Under the pieces are notes generated by a model, which had not been told where the DNA came from, searched no databases, and saw only the letters and a list, made by a program, of their open reading frames with translations. Position numbers and translations under genes: made by a program. Positions 8,931-21,673 of a DNA stretch of 34,305 bases are shown here, one piece after another. Position 1 is the first letter of the stretch. Every line of letters begins with the position of its first letter. The stretch covers positions 32,030 to 66,334 of the forward strand of contig JBNGIO010004581.1 of the NCBI GenBank assembly GCA_049999805.1, written 5' to 3'. This DNA is from Folioceros fuciformis (taxonomy: Eukaryota).

Positions 8931-10253
8931 ATGGCCTTATCTGCTCCGATCAGCATCCGGGCTCGAGCCCTGCCGGGCCGGGGTGCGGAGCCGGCGACGC
9001 AGGGGTTGGTTGCGCAGAGAGCTTGCTTGCTGCAGGATCCCAGGCTGCGTCTTGCATGCAGACAATGGGCTTCGGTGGATTGCGGGGGAGGGAGGGCTCG
9101 GCCGAGGCCTCGGGCTTTGCCTGAAGCGGGGACTGGAGCGGATGTGGAGGAGGAAGCCGTGGAGAGGAAGGCCGTCGCTGCAGCTACAGCCGCGGCTGTT
9201 GCTCCAGATGCCACAGCGCAGGCCGNNNNNNNNNNNNNNNNNNNNNNNNNNNNNNNNNNNNNNNNNNNNNNNNNNNNNNNNNNNNNNNNNNNNNNNNNNN
9301 NNNNNNNNNNNNNNNNNNNNNNNNNGGATGAGGGGGTGGAGGGGGATTCCGTGATCAGTGCGGAGTTGCAGGCAGTCTATGAGAGTTGCCGGGAGTGGAG
9401 ATGGCGGGGCCACAGGATCAATTACGCCGTGCAAGGGAGCGGGGAGCCGCTGCTGCTGGTGCATGGCTTCGGGGCATCCATCGGGCACTGGCGGAAGAAT
9501 ATCCCAGTTCTGGCGCGTACGCACCAGGTGTATGCAGTGGATCTTCTAGGACTGGGGGCCTCGGACAAGCCGGAGGGGTTCAGGTATAGCATGGAGACCT
9601 GGGCTGAGCTCCTGGTCGACTTCATGCAGGAGGTGATTGGACGCCCAGCGGTGCTTATTGGGAACTCCATCGGGAGCCTCGCGTGTTTGATTGCCGCGGT
9701 GAACGGTCCGGCTGGGATGGTGCGAGGGACGGTTTTGCTTAATTGCGCCGGGGGTATGAACAACAAGGCGGTGACAGAAGATTGGCGGCTCAAGTTGGCG
9801 TCTCCTATTTTGTGGCTGTTGGATTTCCTGCTCAACCAGCCCAGGGTGGCCTCGGCTCTGTTCGACAGAGTGAAGACGCGGGCTAATATCAAGTCCGTGT
9901 TGCAGTCAGTCTACAGCAATAAGGAGGCTGTGGATGAGGAGTTGGTGGAGGTGATTCTCAGGCCGGCCGGGGACCCTGGGGCTCTGGATGCTTTTGTGTC
10001 CATCATTACGGGGCCTCCGGGGCCAAAACCCCAGTTCCTCATGCCCCGTATCCAGTTGCCTGTTCTCCTGTTGTGGGGCGACCAGGACCCGTTCACCCCG
10101 ATAGACGGACCTGTTGGCAAGTACTTTACCGAGCTCTCTAAGACGGCCGCTAACGTGGAGCTTCGTCTGCTGTCCAACTTGGGTCATTGCCCGCATGACG
10201 ACAGGCCCGACGTTGTGCACCAGAATTTGCTTCCATGGCTCACGTCTCTGTAG
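8931..10253 (+). CDS. CLD1: Plastid alpha/beta hydrolase, chlorophyll dephytylase CLD1-like (pheophytinase clade), no introns visible; assembly gap in the N-terminal region
   Basis: Transit-peptide-like N-terminus; LLLVHGFGASIGHWRKNI; GNSIG nucleophile elbow; LNCAGGMNNKA..DWRLKL; LWGDQDPFTPIDGPVGKYF; GHCPHDDRPD. Confidence 0.82.
   Translation: MALSAPISIRARALPGRGAEPATQGLVAQRACLLQDPRLRLACRQWASVDCGGGRARPRPRALPEAGTGADVEEEAVERKAVAAATAAAVAPDATAQAXXXXXXXXXXXXXXXXXXXXXXXXXXXXXXXXXXDEGVEGDSVISAELQAVYESCREWRWRGHRINYAVQGSGEPLLLVHGFGASIGHWRKNIPVLARTHQVYAVDLLGLGASDKPEGFRYSMETWAELLVDFMQEVIGRPAVLIGNSIGSLACLIAAVNGPAGMVRGTVLLNCAGGMNNKAVTEDWRLKLASPILWLLDFLLNQPRVASALFDRVKTRANIKSVLQSVYSNKEAVDEELVEVILRPAGDPGALDAFVSIITGPPGPKPQFLMPRIQLPVLLLWGDQDPFTPIDGPVGKYFTELSKTAANVELRLLSNLGHCPHDDRPDVVHQNLLPWLTSL
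9226..9325. other. Assembly gap (100 N, likely placeholder length)
   Basis: Run of exactly 100 n. Confidence 0.99.
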
Positions 10254-10738
10254 GTCGGAGGCCGCGACAATGGCCGCTAGTGGGTTGTTATTTAAGTCCG
10301 ATTATTTGAATAAACTTTGTTACTGTAACTGTAAGTAAGAATATCCTTGCGACAGGGGTTTTTTTTGTTCCTTTCGGAGATTGTGACTGTAAGGATATTA
10401 TATTACTCTCTCTATAAGTCATCTGGAGCTTCACGCATTACTTCCAGACTCTTCTTCACCATGTTCAGTATTCGATTGTCAATAAATATATCTACTTCCG
10501 CAACAGTAGAAATAGATCAGAGGAAACATTCGTCGCTTTCTAGGCTACTTGTGCACATTTCCCGCAATCTTTCCTTATTCCAGATATAATTGAAAAATTG
10601 ATCAACTATCAAAGAAGTTATCGACTCTCAAATAAACTCACTAGGTGCTATTAGGCTACAGGCCATGGACGGCACAGGGACGCGGTCCCAAAATTGAGTG
10701 ACCACAAGAAGGTTTTTGTCCAGCTGAGTCACATGACT

Positions 10739-13700
10739 TTACAGTTTCCCACCCTTCTTCTGCATCTTCGGATTCTTACACATCCGCACACTGAGAGGAG
10801 TAACTTCAACCAGCTCATCCTCTTGAATGTACTCGACACAGTCATCCAGACTGAAATCCATTGGAGCATCCAACACCACTGGAGAAACAAAGCAAGTCCA
10901 TCAGTCCCGGCTATGGAAAACGTTCGGCACGCAAGGCTTAACAACCTGCACACAGGAATGCCATGGAGACAGAAGCGCTTACCTGTTGCTTCCTTGTTAG
11001 ATCGGACATTGGTCGCAGCCTTTCGCTTACAGGCATTCAAGGCCAGGTCTCCGGGGCGTTGGTGAATACCTATGATTTGACCCCTGTACACGTCCACTCC
11101 GGGTCCCAGGAACAGCTGACCCCGCTCTTGACAACTGAAAAGGGCGTACGAAGTCGTCGTGCCAGTCTCAAATGCCACCTGCGGAAGTGTGGAAAGTAAA
11201 TAGTCACAGAACGGACCTTATGTTTGTGGGCAGATCAAAGGTTGTCAACGGCGTATCTTACCAGTGAGCCCTGTTCCCTCATGCTGATGTCTCCTGCCCA
11301 GTCTCCATATCCATGAAAGTTAGTGTTCAGAACAGCTGTACCTCGGGAGGCAGTGAGCATTGCATTACGCAGCCCAAGAAGGCCACGAGTAGGAATTCGA
11401 TATTTCACCACTGTTGAGTTCTCCAGACTACAGCCAGTCATACATTTCAACCCTCAGTAACTATCACTCATGGCAAACTTCTCATGTTCTTGTTCCCAAG
11501 CATGTCGCTGCGGTATTACCCGGAGGCCAGCATATCCAACATTTGCCCTCGGCGTTTGCTCAGCATATCGACAACGCTACCAACGTACTCCTGAGGTACT
11601 TCCACAGTTGCATCCTGATTGATTGGTCAAAATCACACAAATCTCATCAGGGAGGGCCTAAGACAGAAAACCAGAAATTCGTCCCAGGAAACTCAGGATT
11701 AGCTCCACCTCATAAGGTTCTAACTTCACTCCCTTTTCCTCTTTGTTGATCACTTTTGGTGGACCTATCATGAACTCATAGCCCTCCCGCCTCCTGTGCA
11801 TGGAAAGAGACCAAAACTCAGACCACTTGTGTTGCCAGCACACGAGGGAAAAAATTTCAGAATTGACTGCGAAAACAGACTTACATGTTCTCAATCAGAA
11901 TGGTGATGTGCAATGTGCCCCTCCCACTGACGATAAAAGTATCAGCAGTCTCCCCATCCTCCACTTTCATGGCTAAATTCCTCTCCAACTCCCGGTACAA
12001 TCTGTCTCGCAAATTCCTGCTTGTCACAAACTTTCCCTATACACATTTGTGAAGAGAGCCGTGACAATACATCACTAACTGCGCCATGTTGACTGTCGTC
12101 CTTTGGCTAAAGAGTCAGCACATCGCGAATCACTTACCTCCTTCCCTGCAAAAGGCGAGGTGTTCACAGAAAAGGACATTTTAACAGTGGGCTCCTCGAC
12201 TTTAATGGTCGGCAGGGCTATTCCATCAACCCTATCGGCAAGTGTTTCACCAATCTGCCATCACATTGGCACACATATCAAATGACACTAGGAGACCACA
12301 CTGGAAAACCGCGTGTTTCCCTGAACTAATAAAGCATACTATTCAGCTTGGGACAAGATGGCTTGGCAGCCGTGAGAAGGTCCCTACCAGAACATCGCTG
12401 ATTCCAGACAAGCAGCATATGTCCCCAGCTTCCACAATATCAGCAGGTACACGAGTAAAGTTGTCATAAACAAACAATTCATTCACTTTCACATTCCTGC
12501 AAGCTCCATCTGGAGTGCACACCTGCAAGCGCAACTCAAAGGATCAGGCAAACACGTAGTCTATAACTACTTGGTTGGGTCGCGGGAACTATAAATTGTC
12601 CCTGACCTTCGCATCCATCCCCTTGATCATCTTCCCAGCATGGACCCTTCCAATGGCAATCCGGCCCTTGTGCTCATCATAGTCAAGATTTGTCACCTGC
12701 ACATTGAAATCCAGTTACCTCACAACGTATCTGGACTAACGTACAAAAACTTGATAGACACTAAACTACAAGAAACTCACCAGCATTTGCAAGGGTCCAT
12801 CGAGATCCACCCTTGGCTCCGGGATGCATCTCAGCACAGTCTCAAACAGAGGTTCCAGATCATCTGCAAGAGTATCCGGCTGCAGGCCCGCCTTCCCTTG
12901 GATGCCACTTGCGTACACCACTTGGAAGTCACACTGATGACACAGCATCATTGGTGTCAGCCCTCCAACAATTGGCAGCGACGTTGCCATACAGATAAGA
13001 CTCCGCATTGATTACAAATTCGCACTGCAGTTACCTGCTCATCCGTTGCATTCAACTCCAAAAACAGCTCAAACGTTGTATTGACAACATATTCCACTCT
13101 AGCTGAAGGTCTGTCGACCTTGTTAACTACCACCACAACAGTGTGACCAAGCTCCAAAGCCTTCTTCAAGACAAATCTGGTCTGTGGCATGGGACCCTCC
13201 ACAGAATCCACCTGTGCCAGGAAACACATAAAATGAGACGCCATAGCAAGATTCTCCTTACGGAAGCCTCAGAGTCTGCCAGACAAAAGTCCAGAACAGA
13301 GCGGTACCAGTAACAAAACTCCGTCAACCATGTTGAGCACCCGTTCTACTTCACCCCCGAAGTCAGAGTGACCAGGTGTGTCAATTATATTTATCTTCTT
13401 CCCCTTGTATCGAATAGCTGTATTCTTGCTGAGAATGGTGATTCCCCTCTCCCTCTCCAGCGCGTTCGAATCCATAATTCTCTCTTGCACAGACTGATTG
13501 TCACGAAATACCTGAAACTCACCAGCGTCAGTACTTCGCTCCCGCTCCAACACAGAAAGCGCAAGCCGAATCACACAGTCGGAACGGGCCACGGAGGCAT
13601 GCAACAGAAATATATCCACCTTGGCTTGCCGGAGCATGGCATCGACCAGCGTTGTCTTCCCATGATCGACATGCGCAATGATCGCGATGTTCCGCACATC

Positions 13701-14099
13701 GGTCCGAGTGTGCAGGCCCTTCTCTCTAGCTGCAGAGCATCGCAGGCAAGCACCAGGAATTTGAGTACACCGAACCCACGCGCATTCCATTGGTCTGCAC
13801 CGAATTGCAATCCACACCGACGGTCTATCCTACGGTGAAAACGAATCCACCACCATACATTGCGGCTGCTCCTCGGTGGCCAGAGCGCACCGCGCACCCC
13901 CCGTGCTGGGAAGCCGCTGTACTCGGCAGTCGACAGCGCGCGAGCTGGAGGCGGCGCACAGCGAATCCCCCAGCAGCTCGGGTCGGAAACAAGGGCATGC
14001 AGCCCGGGTCGTCCCTGCCTGCTTCCCCGGCCGACTGCTACCCCCCGCCTGCACCTTGCTCCATCGCACACAGCTCCCGGCCTGCGCGAGGCTGGCCAT
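10739..14099 (-). CDS. typA: Plastid TypA/BipA translational GTPase (SVR3-like), 14 exons: 14099-13859, 13729-13620, 13511-13308, 13211-13035, 12933-12781, 12696-12607, 12522-12388, 12254-12138, 12036-11885, 11793-11709, 11614-11520, 11427-11262, 11178-10983, 10878-10739
   Basis: [83 protein letters not shown] junctions give a continuous frame; N-terminal transit peptide. Confidence 0.95.
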
Positions 14100-14424
14100 C
14101 GCAACGCCTTGGATGCTTGCAGCCCAAAGCACGGGGCGGTGAGGCGAGCGAGACGCGGAGACGGCAATGCTGCACCCAGAAATTGCACACTGCTCTTGGT
14201 ACTTACGCGCTGCGGCGAGGCTCGCAGAGCCACAAGACCATTACCAGGTTTCGTAATATTCGCCGGGTTCCGCCCCCGGGCCGCAGGGATTCGCCGGGAA
14301 CTGGACGGGGCTGCGCCGAGGCGGGGTTGAGCTTGGTTAGGAGTGGCGGGGCTCTGCAGGGGCCACAGACGGACCACGTACCGGTCGCTGGGCCACCGGC
14401 CCATTATCTTGCGCGTCCGCGACT
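14100..14424. promoter_or_regulatory. Short divergent (probably bidirectional) promoter region shared by typA and KDTA
   Basis: Head-to-head ATGs at 14099 (-) and 14425 (+), 325 bp apart, GC-rich; position-based inference only. Confidence 0.5.
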
Positions 14425-17017
14425 ATGAGTCTTTTGCCGGCAAGGCGTGCTGCCGCGGGCTCCATGGAACGTGGCGGCTGGCCATGGCTTGTGTACGCTA
14501 CTGTGACGTCGACCCTTGGCCCGCTGTTGGTGCCGCCGTTACTGCTACTGCGTCGGATGCGCGGATTGGAGCTCGCACAGCACTGGCCGGAGCGGCTCGG
14601 CCATGCCTCGCTCGCCAGGCCCGCTGGCCAGCTACTGTGGTTTCATGCGGTGTCTGTAGGTGTGCAGCAGCGACGCCAATGGCTTAGGGTTTGGTGTCGG
14701 AAGCACGTTGTGTGGATTGACGGATTTTGTTTTCGTTTTTTGTAACTGGAGCAGGTGAAGGTATGGCCGCGATTCCGGTTATCAAGCATTGCATACAGGC
14801 TCGACCGACTGTTAACATTCTGATGACCACTTCCACAGTGGCTGCCTTGTGAGTACCGATTTTGGTAGGAAGAAAGAATGTTTAGACAAGCGTTTCCAAT
14901 TCTGGTCTGAAGAAGTTCAATATTTGCAGCTCGTTCTTGGAGCAGACTCTTCCCCCGAGCGTCCTGTGCCAGGTCCGTGTGCACAACGCTGGTGTTCTGC
15001 ATTTCTTGCCTTTGAACTCGTTTGTGTTTCTGTCTGCTAATGTCAACGTTTCTGATGCAGTTTGCACCTTTTGATACCCCTTATGCAGTGAGACGATTTC
15101 TGGTCCACTGGCAGCCTCAAGCGGCTATATTTATGGAGAGTGAGCTATGGCCGAACTTGATTATGGCAACAGCGGGCCACGGAGTATGTGTGCCCGTTGA
15201 TGGGTTTACGTTTACTTCTGCTCCATTGACAGAGATGCGAGTTTCTTTGCGTGTTGAGGAGTAGCGCGGTAGTTACCCTATAAGCTAATTTGTTGACTTG
15301 TGTCACTCAGGTGACTTTGGCCTTGTTGAATGCCCGCTTATCTAGCAGGTCCTTCCGACGATGGTCAGCAACACCTGGTCGGAACTTGGTCACAGCTATG
15401 CTCTCAAAGTTTTCTCTAATTGCTCCCGTGGTACTCTCCCCATAGCTTTCATGATGGCAGTCCCAAGGTTCATGGTGCATTATCTTTTTGTGCCTCTATT
15501 TGACTCTGAGATTGACATGCAGTAGGAACTGATGTCTATATGCGGCTGAACGGAAAGGTAGAATGCTAAGGAGGCAGAGCACTTTAAAGTTCTTGGAGCG
15601 CCGCCAGCTGTCCTCCACGTCGCCGGGAATCTGAAATATGGTATGTGCTTTCAGGGTTTAGTTCGTGGCTGTTCAGTCGTTTGAAGCTTCATTTTGGTCG
15701 TAGGACTGACTGGAGTGCCTTTAATGCAGCCTGCGGGCGCACAGAGTTGAGGCATCCAGGCAAGTTGAACTCAGAAGTCATGCCGAATCTGGAAGGGCGT
15801 CACATTTGGCTAGCAGCTTCAACTCACGATGGAGAAGAGGATGGTATGGACCGTGGACCAGCATGCTTTCCAGCTCTGTGCCTTCAGATGTTTCGAATGG
15901 TAATGCCTTTCGAAACGTTGGAAAGGTGCTTGCTTGCTTGCTCTCAGCACTACCGCAAAGATAAGTCCACTGATGAGCATGCCTTCCAGCTCTGCGCCAC
16001 TTTCAAATAATGGTGATTGTTCTGTAGTTGCTCTGAGGATACACACGTGCTTAAAGAGAAGCTTTCCGGACGTCTTGACTGTGATTGCACCTCGACACCC
16101 GGAACGTGCGCGAGCGTTTGTTCTGGTGAGACTTACTGACGTCATGCCGCTGTACGTGGCCAACATTTAGATGTGGTTCTTTAATCCTTCTGGGCGGGCT
16201 ACACTCTTTGGCTCTTCAGATTGATGTTCCAGCTGCACAGTTTTTGTTCCATCGGCAGTCTGAGGTGTTGCACCTGAATAAACGTGTTGGGGCCTCACAG
16301 AAAGTGAAGAAGCAGGGATTGCGAGTGGCACTGAGGTCAATCGAGGACAAGATAACCAGCTCCACGGAAGTGTATGTGGTCGATACAGTTGGTCAGTATC
16401 CGTGGAATCTTGTCACAGGCCAATCGGGACGGCGTGCCAGTCTTCCTTACCCGGCTGTCGTGTATCGTATCCCGCAGGGGAGCTTGTCCTCATGTACGGT
16501 TTAGCACCTATTGCGTTTGTTGGAGGCTCACTTTTCGAGGGCCTTCGTGGGCATAATTTCGCTGAAGCTGCAGCTTCGGGGTGCGCAGTTTTGACAGGTG
16601 CATCTGGATCCTACCACTTGTGCCACCTTTGGTTCTGCAATCCCTTTTATTTCGGGTGTATTTCACGTGTGGTGAATCAATGCCGCTGTACAGGGCCGCA
16701 TTTAGGACACTTCACGGAGATGCTTCACGAGATGCAAAGTGTGGAACCGTGGTCAGTGCAACAGGTGAGCGCTCATTTGCTGCTCGGGTGGACCTTCTTA
16801 TTACCCATCCATTCGTGTGTTCTTGCTAACGAGAGCCCCATAGGTGGACGGTGAGCTTGCTCTACAGGCTGCTGTCATGAACTTATTTCACAACACTGAG
16901 ATTCTGAACACGCGGCGAGAGGCTGCGCGACTTGCCTCCGCAGCGTGCGCAGTAGAGGTTGTGTCAAGGGTGTGGGAAGTGCTCGACACGCTGGTACTCA
17001 CCAATAGTTTTGATTGA
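14425..17017 (+). CDS. KDTA: 3-deoxy-D-manno-octulosonate (KDO) transferase, WaaA/KdtA-like (GT30), 12 exons: ~14425-14659, 14755-14848, 14930-14972, 15061-15183, 15311-15430, 15562-15640, 15730-15843, 16028-16125, 16301-16391, 16478-16597, 16694-16763, 16844-17017
   Basis: WPERLG, LLWFHAVSVGE, QFAPFDTP, FMESELWPNLI, LLNARLS, GNLKY, WLAASTHDGEE, IAPRHPER, VDTVGEL..MY, FVGGSL...GHNFAEAA. Confidence 0.93.
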
Positions 17018-18296
17018 CACATGGAAGGCCAAAACGGGCTCGGGCCCGCGGCTGCGCCCACTCGTCTTGGGCCATGTCAGGACTGATTATCTAGATCTGG
17101 CTTGTCGTGATCTTCGTCTTGTGTATTTTGTAAAATAAGCACTGGCCAGTTGGTTCGGTGGGACCGGACTGAGCATGACATGTCCGTTTGCGCGTCTTCA
17201 AGTGCGGCCAGGTGGCAGAGTTGGATTGCACCACTTGCTGCGACGTACCACACCACGTCATGACTGGGGCGTACGTGGCGTGACGCGCACGGCCCACTGG
17301 TCCACCTCGGGTCCTCGGAGTGTGAAACCTGGCCCGCTTGTGGCTGCTTGGGTAAATGGCATTTAGCGACAAATTTGAATGCCATTGGCCGGGGTGACTT
17401 GGCCGGACCTCCGCAGCGCCCACTCTGTAAGTGCCACTCTCGCGCGGCCCTGCACAGCATAGTACGGGCAGTGCTTGGCCTGCTGCCCACGCCCGTCCCT
17501 GAGAGCCTGGCGTGCATGTGTGTCCTGAGTCCAGGGGGCGGGTGGCCGCAGGCAGCGATCGCTCCCATCTCCGGATCGATTCCTCTGCGGGCGCCATGTG
17601 CACAGCTGCCCGCTGTCACGCCACTCGCACTTCCCGGTTCATTCGCTTCTGCGACCCAAGCGCCTGGCTGCATTGCGGCTGCGGCTGCGGCTGCGGCCGC
17701 TGATCCGATCGCTCGCCAGCTGCAAATTTGGCATTGCGAGACGGCATCAGAGCAGACGAGCGGAGGCTGCTTGCCCAAAGCCGAGTGCCTCTTCGCTGCG
17801 CTCACGAATGCTTGGAAGAAGAAGTGCTTTTGATTCCTCCTCCCGGCATGCTTCTCCTTCCTCCAGCTTGCAGCCGCAATGCCGGATGGAACGAAGAGGG
17901 AAATTGGGCTAGGTTGAGGGAGCCTGGCATTCTTGGGCACTGGATCTGGTTGCAGGAGCCTAGGACGGGGCCGCGGCGGGCTCGGTTTAGCTTAGGGACG
18001 GCCAGGGCTGGGACCAGGGCAGGGCTGTGCTGTGCTGTGCTGTGACCAGGGCGACAGCAGAAAGGAAGACAGCAGAAACAAGTTGGTGGTCTTCTTGTAT
18101 TCTCAGCGTACACTGCACTGCCTGCTGTTTTTGGAAAGCAAGGATGGGCAGCTTGCACTGGCCCGGAGTCGCGATTGGCCTGTTGGAGGAGAGTTGGTTG
18201 TCACGGGGCGACTTGCGCGGCTTGTGGATGGACGCAGCAGGGAGTGGAAGGTCGGGAGTCTGAGAGTGCGAGGAAGGGGAGAGGAGGACTCGCGAG

Positions 18297-21232
18297 ATGG
18301 AGCCCCACGAGGAAATCACGTTGCCTGCTCATGAGGCTCAGGCACGTGGGGGTCAGGCGGAAGCGGAGAGCTCGTCTGATGCCCATGACCGAATGGAGCG
18401 TGATATTCAAGAAGTAGGTGGTTCGGGGGGTGCGTTTCCTCAAGCCGTGTCTTTGGAGGAAGGGACGTGCCTAGCTGAGGGTAACTCTGCAGGAGGCCTT
18501 GATGTTGGGATGGCGCATACGAAGCTCCCTGGTGCTCGTCACGCGACAGGGAAAGGTGACGGCGACGGCGACGGGTTGGAGAGTGAAGCAGCTCACGCGG
18601 AGGTGGAAGCTGGTGGAGAGCTCTCGCCTGCGAATAAACTGAAACTAGAAAGTGACGTGCAGCCAGAGGATGACGAAAGACCTGTGAAGGAGAAGAGGAA
18701 GGTGGGAAGGCCCCGAAAAAAGGAGGTGAAGGTGGCAACCAAGAAGCTGCTCCCGAGGCCCAGCGTGGTGTATCAGGACTACGCGCACATGTACGCGACT
18801 CCCCAAGTTCCTCCGACTTGGAATGAGCCAGGAGAATGTTTGATGGGGAAGCCCGCAGACTCTCCTGCTGAACCTGTCCCTTCTCCAGGTGGTGATGTGG
18901 GAGGGACGGCACAAGAAGAAGACGTGAAGGATGATGGTATCAGAGACAGGAAGAAAAAGGGACGCATGGCTGAGGGTGCATCAAAGCAGGCGAGGAAGAA
19001 GCCAGCCGGTCCAGCTCCTGCAAAGTGGCCCTTCTATCCTGGCATGTCGTATCCTTATGTGCAGCAGGGACAGTACCCACCTGGTATGTTTGCTCCTCCC
19101 TTTCCGCCTTATTTTCCTCCCTTGCCTGCCGCCGCCGGGCCTCCCTTCCACATGTCACCGATACCGCACACTGTTCCCGCGCCTGGCGTGCAGATGCAAC
19201 CGCCGACGCCGTCTTATCATCCGCATAGCCTCCACCATGTCATGCATCATCCTTTCCTCCATCAACCGTTTCAGGCGCCACCCATGTATAATGACCTGGT
19301 CCATCAGTTGCAGCAAGTATCGTCCTTCTTTGCGCAATTGGTGCCCAATCTATGTAAAGTTTGCCAAGCTACTGCTGTGCAGCTTGCCCCTCCTCCCTAT
19401 CAAGCCGTTTTCTTCTGTGATGACAAGCACGGCGAGCCTGCACCTCAGGATGAACAGGAGACAGACAGGAAGAGGCAGAGGAGTTCTGTTATCTTCTCCC
19501 AACAGGACCTGGTCGGCCAGGATGAGACTGGGGTTATGATCCATGCTCCTAGGGAGTTCCTGAGTAAGAGAGTGAAGAAGGAGGGCCCGGCGTCGCTTCA
19601 ACCATCGCTCAAGGAACATGTCTATTACATCTCTGCAGACGGAGACCCCAGGCTCGGCCAGCAGAAGGTTTTCTACTGTCTTTTTGGATCCAAAATACGG
19701 GATTCTATTCCCCGGATTATCTTTACTCGGCGTCTTTGCAGCAAAGGTGGCGTTAGCAGTGTGTGTCGTGTCTTATGCTTGAAGTACTCATGTTGCAAAT
19801 ACTTATCTGTTTGCAGATCAAAGGCGGAAAGAGAAAGCGGCCAGTTATTTATATCAAGTGGCAAGCTTTCGAGCGCCTTGGCCGTCATGCAGTTGATCTC
19901 GATCTTCATGTGAAAGATGGCCTGAGGCTGAAGTAAGTGTTTAGCCCTTCATTCCTTTCACCTGTAACTGACACGATGCCTTCGAGTCTTCACGATGTTG
20001 ACCAGAGCGTGTTAATTGTCAGAGAGTTGAAGAAGAGAAAAGTGCAGCTGCAAGAGGCGTTGAAAGAACAGGGTCAGGAGATCAAGCGCCTGAAATGTGA
20101 GATTGCTGGCAAGGATGACAGGATTCACAGGCTCAGAACAGCAGGTGGATACAGTGATGACGGCGATGATATTAGCCCCTTCGCTGAAGAGGATGCCAAG
20201 CTCACCACTCCGCAAGGTGTCGTACACTCTGTGGTTGGCAAATGCGCAAGCTCCTCATCCAAGTGCTGTGGCGCCCAGTACGGAGGGAATGTTATGGGTC
20301 ATGAGAAAGGAGCCTCAGGTTGTCAACGGAGTTGTTTGTACATAGACGAGGGGAGAGACGATCCTGTTATGCTGGCACCCGCCAGTCACACTCCCTCTTC
20401 ACAAAAGCTCAAGGGTCCGAAGGGGCCATCGTTAGGGCCGAAGTTAAGCCGAATAGATAAACAGAAGAAGTACAACAGTATGGTGAAAGACATGCTGAAA
20501 CGACAGCAGTGCGTCTCCAACGGGATTGTTGTGTTTGAGGCCTCCCCCGCAACGAAATCGCAGGATAGACTGGAGCAGGAAAATGTACAATACTGTCATG
20601 ACGATCGTCCAGCTGAGGCGGAAGGTATGCCCGCAGCAGAAGAGCATGGCTCCGAAGGAATCACGCTCCCTGCAGACTTTTCCCGTCATCCCCAGGTGAA
20701 TCGTACCTGTCCTGAGGCATCAGGGCCAATTCTGCCAGTCATCCCTAACTGCTACTCTCATGGCCAACTTCAAAGGCATCCATCTGGTTTGCCGAGGCGG
20801 TCACTTCAATTGATATCAGAGCAAGGAGAGCAACTGGGAGGCGGCTCACTCTCTTCTTCTGTGCGCGGTACTCTTGTGCATCCTGAAGCGCACCAACAGG
20901 AGCGGATGGTTGGCCATTCTAATCATAGATTGCTTACCCACCAACAGCACGGAGATGAAAGTCGAAGGGATCGACAGTGCCCTTCAGACCTGGGACCAGC
21001 AGCAGAACCGCAGCAACAGCAATTTAGGATGTGCCAACCAGAGCACGTAGACGTAACACATCAGCATGCGGAACATGGGCACCGTTTCAGCAGTCATCCA
21101 CTATTCCAGAGTGAACACCGTCAAACTGGCCCAGTGTGCAGAGACAGCACGCATTGTTCCACGTGCCCGCAGCAGCAGCAGCTTCCACCTGATCGTCACC
21201 TACCGCCAAGCCGCTCTTCAACAGGTTTGTGA
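18297..21232 (+). CDS. Unknown ~898 aa putative nuclear protein: AT-hook, Pro/His-rich region, small globular segment, coiled coil, Q-rich tail. Exons 18297-19667, 19817-19932, 20023-21232
   Basis: KRKVGRPRKK AT-hook; two long ORFs joined in frame through a 116 nt middle exon with GT-AG borders; ELKKRKVQLQEALKEQGQEIKRLKCEI coiled coil. Confidence 0.7.
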
Positions 21233-21673
21233 AAGTGTGCAGTCCTTGTGCTTGGCCTGTTGCACAATGGCGTGTTCCTTTCCGGCAACCAATATTTACC
21301 GCACCCTCACTTTTGCAGACTCGGGAGCATCTGGAGAAGCCTCCCCCATTTATGTCAGGTCATACCACATGCAATAGAGTGGTGCACGACACGGCGCCTT
21401 GAAGGGTTCGCCTTGTTTGCTTGGAATGGCACCCTCGGCTTGTTGGCCACCCGACAAACCGCAAGTGAACACCTGCACCGGAATTGGCATCGACCTTACT
21501 CACCCCCTTAAATTGCACACAAGAAAAATTATGTGTAACCCTCGAGGGCTTGAGACTGTTTGCTGAAGCTCAAGAATCATTAAAGGTTCCTCTGCAGGAG
21601 AAACTGACGACTTCAAAAAAATTGACAGCTAACCATCCGGCTGTTGTAACCTGACTAGGGACTCACTAGGGCA

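Noticed and set aside
7981-9892. Antisense and alternative-frame ORFs over DUF829 and CLD1
   Set aside because: Expected by-products of high-GC coding sequence.
13571-14428. Long overlapping ORFs (277 aa on -, 212 aa on +, others)
   Set aside because: Shadow ORFs of GC-rich typA exon 1 and promoter DNA; Arg/Ala/Pro-rich with no motifs.
17077-18290. 287 aa minus ORF and overlapping ORFs between KDTA and the AT-hook gene
   Set aside because: GC-rich, contains (GCGGCT)n and (TGTGC)n simple repeats, open in several frames with no recognisable motif; most likely promoter/5'UTR.
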